Made by a program: the position numbers and the translations under genes. DNA of 64,000 nucleotides from an uncultured Spirochaetia bacterium. Lineage in GTDB: Bacteria; Desulfobacterota_D; UBA1144; Nemesobacterales; CSP1-2. The notes under the pieces were generated by a model. It saw only the letters and a program-made list of their open reading frames with translations, made no database searches and was not told the DNA's origin. Below are positions 56,804-64,000 of the stretch, one piece after another; within the stretch, counting starts at the first letter, position 1, and each line of letters opens with the position of its first letter. The stretch lies in the NCBI GenBank assembly GCA_964636885.1, contig CAZWVA010000003.1:11678-75677 (forward strand). The letters are read 5' to 3'.

Positions 56804-58405
56804 TTACTCCGTTCTATCACTCAGTTCGTTTTCGTATCTATACCCTCCCTCTACCTCCCATCCTCCGCCAAGCGCTTTATAGACGGCAACGAGGGAGGTG
56901 GCCGTGGCAGTTTCGCCCTGTGCGAGTTGGTCCTGGGCCTGTAAAAGGGTCCGTTCAGCATCGAGCACCGTGAGAAAATCAGCTACCCCATACTGATATC
57001 GGAGTCGGGCCAGGTTTACGGCCTTCTCACTCGCCTGGGCAGAAACGCGGAGTGACTCAAAACGCCTCTGCTGGTTGCCGAAATCCACCAGCGCGTTCTC
57101 CACCTCTTCGAGTGCAGTCAAAACGATCTGCTCGTATTGGGCCAGAGCCGCCTCAGCACGTGCATCGGCGGCCTTTATCTGTGCCCGCACGCGCCCCAAG
57201 TCGAATGCCGCCCAGAAGATCCGTGGACCGAAGGAGAAGAAGGTAGCACTCCCGATATCGCCCAGGCCAGATAGGGAATCGGCCTCCAGTGCTATACTAC
57301 CGATAAATGTAATGCGTGGGAATAGATCTGCCGTAGCCACTCCAATGCGGGCCGTTGCGGCGGCAAGGTTCCGTTCTGCTACTCGGATGTCGGGACGGCG
57401 TCTTAGCAGATCCTCCGGCTTTCCTACCTTTATGAGCTTCGGTAGGCTGGGAAGAGGTAGAGGTTTTGACAATTCCGATTCCAGGGCGGTTGGTTGCTCT
57501 CCGATGAGAACACTTAACCTGTATATCGCCTGTTTAATAGCGGTCTCCAGAGGAGGAATCGTGGCGAGTGTGGAATTCAACTGAGCCTCGGCTCTAGAGG
57601 TGTCCAACTCGGTGCCCCGGCCACTTTCCAGTAGGGCAATAGTGAGTTTCAAGGTTTGACGCTGATTTTCGGCGTTTTGGCGCGCCACATAGAGCCGGTG
57701 TTGTGCCCCGCGGAGTTCAAAATAGTTCCTTGCGACCTCGGCCAGTAAGCTCACTATAACATCGCGACGGGCTGCCTCGGCGGCCCCTACTTCGGCTGAA
57801 AAGGCCTCTACGTTACGGCGTACACGCCCAAAGAAATCGAGTTCCCAAAAAGAGTCAAATCCGGCGTCGTAGAGATCAAAGTCGTTGTCACCGCTCATGG
57901 AGCCGGGCTGTACCTTCTCACTCAATCGCTCTCTCGTATATGAGGCCTGCGAGGTTACTGTAGGATACCGATCGAATCCGGCTTCCTTCCTTAGTGCGCG
58001 GGCCTCGCGGAGCCTAGCCGTTGCAATACGAAGATCGTAGTTTCCCAAAAGTGCAAGCCGTATTAAACGATCGAGATTCTCGTCATTAAAACCGGTCCAC
58101 CACGCGATCTCTATACCGTCTGCGGACAGATCCTGCTGGGCTTGATTGGCAAACGTATCCGGCACCTGAGTCTTCGGTTCTTTATAATCCGACCCAACCA
58201 TGCAGGCGGTTAGCACGATGAGTCCCAACAGCGGTAGGAAAGAGATAGCCGTCTTAATAAGGTCTAAACGGATTCCCTTCCCCAATGAGTGTAGAAAAGG
58301 CCCCTTTAGACGAGTGATAAGTACAGTTAACATACCACTATCGCCACCCAAATTAAGAGAAATCACCTTTTCCCCGACCCTTTGATTTTCAGATACCCTT
58401 ATCAT
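56804..58405 (-). CDS. RND efflux outer-membrane factor lipoprotein (TolC/NodT family)
   Basis: A lipobox (LIVLTAC), two tandem OEP repeats, and a start that overlaps the RND pump stop. Confidence 0.85.
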   Translation of the reverse strand: MIRVSENQRVGEKVISLNLGGDSGMLTVLITRLKGPFLHSLGKGIRLDLIKTAISFLPLLGLIVLTACMVGSDYKEPKTQVPDTFANQAQQDLSADGIEIAWWTGFNDENLDRLIRLALLGNYDLRIATARLREARALRKEAGFDRYPTVTSQASYTRERLSEKVQPGSMSGDNDFDLYDAGFDSFWELDFFGRVRRNVEAFSAEVGAAEAARRDVIVSLLAEVARNYFELRGAQHRLYVARQNAENQRQTLKLTIALLESGRGTELDTSRAEAQLNSTLATIPPLETAIKQAIYRLSVLIGEQPTALESELSKPLPLPSLPKLIKVGKPEDLLRRRPDIRVAERNLAAATARIGVATADLFPRITFIGSIALEADSLSGLGDIGSATFFSFGPRIFWAAFDLGRVRAQIKAADARAEAALAQYEQIVLTALEEVENALVDFGNQQRRFESLRVSAQASEKAVNLARLRYQYGVADFLTVLDAERTLLQAQDQLAQGETATATSLVAVYKALGGGWEVEGGYRYENELSDRTE

Positions 58406-61400
58406 AACCGTCTTCCTTTAATCCGTGATGAATGGGCTTTTTGCTCTTACGCCCGACAAGCCCACGAATGACAACATAGAATACGGGCGTTAAGAAAAGT
58501 CCAAAGAAAGTGACCCCAAGCATCCCGCTAAAGACCGCCGTGCCCAGGGCCTGACGCATCTCTGCACCCGCCCCTTCGGCAAGAACAAGGGGTATGACAC
58601 CAGAGATGAAGGCAAAGGACGTCATCAGGATGGGGCGGAGTCTGAGACGTGCCGCTTCCATAGCCGCTGCAAAGCGGTCTTTTCCAGCTTGCTCTTGGTC
58701 CTTTGCAAACTCCACTATTAAGATCGAATTCTTACAGGCTAAACCGACCAGCACCACGAAACCGATTTGGGTCAATATATTGTTATCCATACCGCTTATC
58801 CACAAGCCAGCTATTGAACAGAGGAGACACATAGGCACTATGAGTATGATGGCAAGGGGTAAAGACCAGCTTTCGTATAGAGAGGAAAGCACGAGGAATA
58901 CGAAAAGGACGCACAAGGGGAATATATAAATAGCCGTATTACCCGCCACCTTCTGCTGATAGGCAAGATCGGTCCACTCAAAACCCATCCCACTAGGAAG
59001 TATCTTCCGGGCCAGCTCCTCCATCATAGCGATCGCCTGGCCCGAGCTAAACCCAGGTGCAGCACTCCCATAGACCTCAGCCGAGGGGAACATATTATAG
59101 CGAACGACACGGTCTGGCCCTGTCGCCCAGCGCACATTGACGAGTGATCCCATGGGTACCATAGCCCCGGTTTCACTCCGAGTCTTAAGCCTCAGTATAT
59201 CCTCAGGTTCAGCACGAAAAGAACCCTCTGCCTGCGCCGTTACTTGGTAGGTGCGTCCGAAGATGTTAAAATCGTTTACATACAGAGACCCCAGATAAAC
59301 CTGAAGTGTATCAAAGATACTGCTGAGGGGTACATTGAGTTTCTTTGCCTTAGTTCGGTCTATATCGGCATAAAGCTGAGGAGTATTGGCACGGAATGTC
59401 GTGAAAACCCCCATAAGACCCGGCTGTTGGTTTGCAGCAGCGACCAACTGCTCGGTTGCCGATTGCAATGCTGAAAAACCCGCTCCAGAGCGGTCCTGAA
59501 CCTCCATGGTAAATCCACCAGACGTTCCGAGCCCCCGAACAGGGGGTGGGGGGATAGTCAAAATAATAGCCTCTTGTATTTCCGATAGCTTCATATGGAG
59601 ATTCATTGCGATCTCATTTGCACTTGGGCCGTGCTTTGCTCGCTCAGCGAAGGGCTTCAATATAACGAATATCGCGCCGGCGTTTGAGTTGTTTGATCTC
59701 GTCGCCGCAGAGAACCCGGTAATACCCACCGCGCCCTCTACTCCGGGCGATTGGAGAATGATATCGGTGGCCTTATGTATCACCAAGTCGGTCCGCTCAA
59801 AGGAAGCGGCATCGGGGAGCTGGACGTTTACGATTAGATACCCCTGATCCTGCTGTGGTATGAATCCCACTGGAACCCTTTTGAATCCCAGGTATGTGAG
59901 ACCAATAAGCCCACAGTAGACCAGAAGCGCTATTGTGCTCATACGGAGCAGAGAACCAACCGCCCGCCCGTACCTATTTGTAGTACGTTTGAAGAGCCAG
60001 TTAAATCCATGGAAGAAGACGCCTAGAAGCCGGTTGGTAGAGGGGCCAAGCAACCATCCTACAATACCACCTATGGCGAAGACGGTTATGCGGAGCGTCC
60101 AGATCGCCATAGGGCCAGAAGACCCTTCAGCGCCTCCATACGTACCATGCGCCTGAACGGATAGACCGAGGAGGGATGATAGGGGTAGAGTCAAAAACGA
60201 GTACGAAATGAACCCAAAGATCAGAGCGATCCCCAAACGGGGAAGCGCTTCGCGTCTCTCCAATTGGTGTTCCTCATTATGGGGTCTAACGATCTGTACG
60301 GCCCTAGCAGGGGCCATAGTAAGGGCATTAATGGCCGAAATGATAGTCGAGATAGCGATTGTGAGGGCGAACTGGCGGTAGAATTGACCGCTTATACCCG
60401 ATATAAAGGCGGTGGGGATGAAAACGACGCTGAGAACGATGGTTATAGCAAGAACCGGACCGGTTATCTCCTCCATGGCTTTCAGTGTGGCCTCGCGTGG
60501 CGGAAGCCCTTTGGACATCCAGCGCATGATGTTCTCGACCACGACAATGGCATCGTCTACCACTATTCCTATGGCAAGCACCAGACCGAAAAGAGACAGG
60601 TTATTTAGTGAAAACCCAAGTGCCGACATAACGGCGAACGTGCCGATTATAGACACCGGAACGTCTATCATTGGGAGTAGTGTGGCTCTCCAGTCCTGTA
60701 GAAAGACAAGAACCACTATGAATACCAAGATAAACGCCTCAAACAGCGTATGCATTACGGCATTAACCGATTCCTGTATAAAGACGGTGGGGTCGTAGAG
60801 TATTCTGTATTCCAAGCCAGGAGGAAACTCCTTGCTGAGCTCGGCCATGGTCTTGCGTATTTCCTGAGAAGTGGCAAGGGCATTGGAGCCGGGTAGTTGA
60901 AAGATTCCGATTGCCGTCGTTGGTTTTCCGTTGAGGTAACTAGTAGACGAGTAATCACGTGCTCCTAGTTCAACCCGCGCCACGTCCTTTAAACGCGTTA
61001 TCCGGCCATTTTCACCCGTTTTTACCACTATGTCCCCGAACTGCTCCGGATCCGTTAGGCGGCCCAGTGTATTGACATTAACCTGGAGGGCGTTTCCCCG
61101 CGGTATAGGCGGCTGACCGATTACACCTGAAGCAACCTGCACGTTTTGCTCCCTTAGAGCCCGTACCACGTCACCGGCAGTCATGTTGAGCGAGGAGAGG
61201 CTTTCGGGATCAAGCCAGATGCGCATGCTATATTCGCGCAGGCCAAATACTATAATATCCCCTACACCGTCCAGACGGGCAAGGACGTCTCTCACATTGA
61301 TAAGGGCATAATTGCCGATATAAAGCTGATCGTATCGGTTGTCAGGTGAAATCAGATTAATCACCATAAGCAGATCGGGAGAGCTTTTCCTGACCGTGAC

Positions 61401-61811
61401 CCCGAGACGCCTTACCTCTTCGGGCAATCTGGGTTCGGCAACGGCCACCCTGTTTTCAACCAAGACCTGAGCCTTATCGATATCCGTACCCAGCTTGAAT
61501 GTGATTGTGAGTTGCATCCTACCGTCTCTAGTGGATTGAGACGACATGTAGAGCATGTTTTCGACGCCGTTTATCTCTTGTTCGAGCGGTGTTGCCACGG
61601 TCTTGGCTATGACATCTGGAGTGGCACCAGGATAGCTGGCGCTTACCACAACGGTGGGAGGAACGACCTGCGGATACTGGGTTACAGGAAGTGTGAAATA
61701 GGCGATAAGACCCACTATCACGATTACCACAGAAATGACAGTTGCAAGTACGGGTCTATCGATGAAGAAAGGAGCGATTTTCATGTCCTCAGCCTTCCTT
61801 TCCACTTTCAA
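58389..61811 (-). CDS. RND multidrug efflux permease (AcrB/HAE1 family)
   Basis: The 1140-aa protein has 12 TM helices and two large periplasmic loops. Its N-terminus (MKIAPFFIDRPVLATVISVVIV…) is a canonical AcrB-family start. Confidence 0.95.
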   Translation of the reverse strand: MKVERKAEDMKIAPFFIDRPVLATVISVVIVIVGLIAYFTLPVTQYPQVVPPTVVVSASYPGATPDVIAKTVATPLEQEINGVENMLYMSSQSTRDGRMQLTITFKLGTDIDKAQVLVENRVAVAEPRLPEEVRRLGVTVRKSSPDLLMVINLISPDNRYDQLYIGNYALINVRDVLARLDGVGDIIVFGLREYSMRIWLDPESLSSLNMTAGDVVRALREQNVQVASGVIGQPPIPRGNALQVNVNTLGRLTDPEQFGDIVVKTGENGRITRLKDVARVELGARDYSSTSYLNGKPTTAIGIFQLPGSNALATSQEIRKTMAELSKEFPPGLEYRILYDPTVFIQESVNAVMHTLFEAFILVFIVVLVFLQDWRATLLPMIDVPVSIIGTFAVMSALGFSLNNLSLFGLVLAIGIVVDDAIVVVENIMRWMSKGLPPREATLKAMEEITGPVLAITIVLSVVFIPTAFISGISGQFYRQFALTIAISTIISAINALTMAPARAVQIVRPHNEEHQLERREALPRLGIALIFGFISYSFLTLPLSSLLGLSVQAHGTYGGAEGSSGPMAIWTLRITVFAIGGIVGWLLGPSTNRLLGVFFHGFNWLFKRTTNRYGRAVGSLLRMSTIALLVYCGLIGLTYLGFKRVPVGFIPQQDQGYLIVNVQLPDAASFERTDLVIHKATDIILQSPGVEGAVGITGFSAATRSNNSNAGAIFVILKPFAERAKHGPSANEIAMNLHMKLSEIQEAIILTIPPPPVRGLGTSGGFTMEVQDRSGAGFSALQSATEQLVAAANQQPGLMGVFTTFRANTPQLYADIDRTKAKKLNVPLSSIFDTLQVYLGSLYVNDFNIFGRTYQVTAQAEGSFRAEPEDILRLKTRSETGAMVPMGSLVNVRWATGPDRVVRYNMFPSAEVYGSAAPGFSSGQAIAMMEELARKILPSGMGFEWTDLAYQQKVAGNTAIYIFPLCVLFVFLVLSSLYESWSLPLAIILIVPMCLLCSIAGLWISGMDNNILTQIGFVVLVGLACKNSILIVEFAKDQEQAGKDRFAAAMEAARLRLRPILMTSFAFISGVIPLVLAEGAGAEMRQALGTAVFSGMLGVTFFGLFLTPVFYVVIRGLVGRKSKKPIHHGLKEDGYDKGI

Positions 61812-63018
61812 CCGATTGGGTTGGATCTGAGTATAAGGCCCTTGCTTCTGGACTAGTGAGATCCCGATTCATGGTTATTATCTTCTTCTGTGGATCAACT
61901 ATAGCCCCCTGCCTTGCCCTCTGCACTCCGCTCACTATCACCCAATCATCGGGCTTTATCCCTTCCCTTATGACCCTCAGGCCGCCTATATTCGGCCCCA
62001 ATTGAACACTCCGGTATTCCACGGTGTCATTGTCGTTTACCACAAAGACGTATTTTCGCGACTGATCACTTCCGATGGCCTCGTCGGGAAGGAGTATGGC
62101 GTTGTATTCGGCACTACCGGCCAGACGAACACGGGCAAATAGCCCGGGTGTAAGGGTAAGGTCGGGATTGGGAATGACAGCCCTTCCGGTCATCGTTCCG
62201 GTTTCAGGATCTAACTGGTTATCTATAAAATCTATATAACCCCTATGGGGAAACCCAGTTTCATCCGCCAGGGCGATGAATACGGGGCTCTGTACTACAG
62301 GTGAGCCGGGACGCTTCCCTTCATGTGCCAGCCGAACGTATTTAAGATAGGACCGCTCATCGGCCTCGAAATAACAGTAAATCGGATCAAGGGAGACGAT
62401 AGTGGTAAGAAGGGTCCCACCGGTTCCACCGTTAATGAGATTGCCCTCGGTAACCAATCTGCGGCTAATACGCCCGCTAACAGGTGCTGTGATCCGCGTA
62501 AATTCCACATTTAGCTTTGCCGTTTTAAGAGCGGCTTCTGCCTGTTCAACTGTCGCCAGAGCCACCCGCTCGTCGGAGGCTCTCGTGTCGGCTTCCTCCT
62601 CGGAAATGGCTCGAGCACTGAGGAGTTTCTTCGCCCTTGCTAGATTGTCTTGGGCCAGTTTAAGACGCGCCCTGGCCAGCTTGAGTTCCGCTTCAGCCCG
62701 ATCCAGTTCTGCCTGGTATGGCCTAGGATCGATCACAAAAAGCAAATCCCCTTTTTTCACGATTTGACCATCCTTAAAATGAATCGATTGCAGATAACCA
62801 CTTACTCGTGCCCTTACTTCCACTGACTCAACCGCTTCAAGACGCCCTGTGTATTCGTCCCACTCAACTACCTCTCGCACAACTGGCTGGCTTACCGTCA
62901 CTTTGGGTGGTGAGGGTGTTGCTGTTGCCTGCTGTCGATTACAGCTGACAGAGAGTAGAACCGAGTTAGTGATCGTAAGTAACAATAAACCCCTAAAGAG
63001 AGCTTTCATGTTTTTCAT
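61789..63018 (-). CDS. RND efflux periplasmic adaptor (membrane fusion protein, AcrA/MexA-like)
   Basis: A lipoprotein signal (LLSVSC), an α-hairpin coiled coil, lipoyl and β-barrel domains, and an overlap with the pump start. Confidence 0.9.
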   Translation of the reverse strand: MKNMKALFRGLLLLTITNSVLLSVSCNRQQATATPSPPKVTVSQPVVREVVEWDEYTGRLEAVESVEVRARVSGYLQSIHFKDGQIVKKGDLLFVIDPRPYQAELDRAEAELKLARARLKLAQDNLARAKKLLSARAISEEEADTRASDERVALATVEQAEAALKTAKLNVEFTRITAPVSGRISRRLVTEGNLINGGTGGTLLTTIVSLDPIYCYFEADERSYLKYVRLAHEGKRPGSPVVQSPVFIALADETGFPHRGYIDFIDNQLDPETGTMTGRAVIPNPDLTLTPGLFARVRLAGSAEYNAILLPDEAIGSDQSRKYVFVVNDNDTVEYRSVQLGPNIGGLRVIREGIKPDDWVIVSGVQRARQGAIVDPQKKIITMNRDLTSPEARALYSDPTQSVESGKEG

Positions 63019-63405
63019 ATGATTGGACCTCCTTAATGTTGATCTATACCGTTTAAATGGTTTTTCCTTATTAGACGTTTAGTTACTACTCATTTTGATA
63101 AAAAATCCATAAAAATGGATTCATGAAACCCTCGGATACCATCCTGTAATCAATGCGTTATAACCATTTGTTCTTTATAGAAAAAGAGGGTACGGTTACC
63201 AACTATCTAAAGACCTTATTAAGCACCTAAATCCCGTTGGTTGAACCTCCTTTAAATCCGGCTAAATCTGCGTCTAAGGATCCGTCCTCGCACCATCCAC
63301 TAGCATATCTACGAAACTCGTATTAATATATGCTGTACAATTGATTCTATCAAGTAGATACTTTTTTGTGATATAGTATCTCAAAAGAAACCACGGGGGA
63401 GAAAG

Positions 63406-63753
63406 ATGAGAAGCAAGAAATACACCTGTCCGGTAGAAGCAACGTTAGATGTGATCGGTGGTAAGTGGAAGGTACTGATCTTACATCACATAAAAGAAGA
63501 GGGGATAATCCGTTTCAGTGAGTTGAAAAGGCTGATTCCGGGAATAACACAGAAGATGTTGACAAAACAGCTAAGGGAACTGGAAGCGGATGGCCTGATA
63601 AATAGAAAAGTATATCCGCAGATACCCCCAAAGGTAGAATACTCACTTACCGAATACGGAAGGAGCCTTGAACCCGCATTAAAACTACTTTGCAACTGGG
63701 GAACAAAACACATGAGCCGTATTGAAGCAAAGCTGAGAAAGAAAGTCGGTTAG
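63406..63753 (+). CDS. HxlR-family transcriptional regulator
   Basis: CPVEATLDVIGGKWKVLIL...FSEL...GITQKMLTKQLRELE is the HxlR winged-helix signature. It is divergent from the efflux operon. Confidence 0.85.
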   Translation: MRSKKYTCPVEATLDVIGGKWKVLILHHIKEEGIIRFSELKRLIPGITQKMLTKQLRELEADGLINRKVYPQIPPKVEYSLTEYGRSLEPALKLLCNWGTKHMSRIEAKLRKKVG

Positions 63754-63845
63754 AACGTCTTAAGGCCGTATACCTATGTTCTAAAGCAGAAACCGAAATC
63801 CTAAAGTACAATAGGATTATACGCTAGAGGAGACCGCAATCAAAT

Positions 63846-63995
63846 TTATATAACGGCTTCCACTACTAACCAGCTATTGGGAAAATCGTCTTTAACAGCC
63901 CGCCTGTAATACTCCGTGGCTATTCTCTCAAGAGGGTTAATAGTAACACGACTGTAACCCAGGTGAATCAATTCCTCTTCCAAGAGATCCGGCAT
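63846..63995 (-). CDS. Small ORF (at least 49 aa) at the window edge, possibly the C-terminal part of a gene starting beyond 64000
   Basis: Open frame ...MPDLLEEELIHLGYSRVTINPLERIATEYYRRAVKDDFPNSWLVVEAVI*. No stop is visible upstream before the window end. No domain is recognised. Confidence 0.15.
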   Translation of the reverse strand: MPDLLEEELIHLGYSRVTINPLERIATEYYRRAVKDDFPNSWLVVEAVI

Positions 63996-64000
63996 AGTAG

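Noticed and set aside
1-64000. CRISPR arrays, IS elements and prophage genes
   Set aside because: No regularly spaced direct repeats, transposase or integrase or phage structural genes were seen anywhere in the window.

Overview
This is a gene-dense 64 kb window of a bacterial chromosome at roughly 50% GC. Arginine is encoded mostly by AGG/AGA and the proteins are rich in Lys and Glu, which, together with outer-membrane genes (TolC-like, OprP-like porin, TonB/ExbBD, SPOR, MlaD), suggests a thermophilic diderm organism. I cannot assign a taxon from sequence alone.

Most of the window is core genome:
- htrA, followed by a DtxR-family repressor and an MntH-Usp fusion (manganese uptake).
- egtB-egtD, a two-gene ergothioneine module.
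- A ClC channel.
- The conserved ffh-rpsP-KH-rimM-trmD-rplS operon, in which trmD carries a second SPOUT domain.
- argS followed by two SPOR-domain proteins.
- exbB-exbD-tonB.
- A 14 kb glycan-biosynthesis cluster with ArnT-like GT-C, GT2, GT4 and flippase genes, sugar oxidoreductases, a split GT2, and an NTase/HprK-like pair.
- A PhoR/PhoB pair with an OprP-like porin.
- purH, an MlaD-like gene, tRNA-Gly(CCC), and a J-domain-Usp-Usp fusion.
- An HxlR-controlled RND efflux operon.

The standout is a ~5 kb low-GC island (about 7.3-12.2 kb, roughly 35% GC) between egtD and a housekeeping epimerase. It holds four translationally coupled genes: a NurA-like nuclease, a HerA-like hexameric ATPase, a TGT-fold (DpdA-like) transglycosylase with intact catalytic and zinc motifs, and a small Rossmann-like protein. 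HerA/NurA is a DNA end-processing pair and a TGT-like enzyme is a nucleobase-exchange enzyme. I do not recognise their tight linkage as a described system. I propose it as a candidate novel DNA-modification or anti-phage module.
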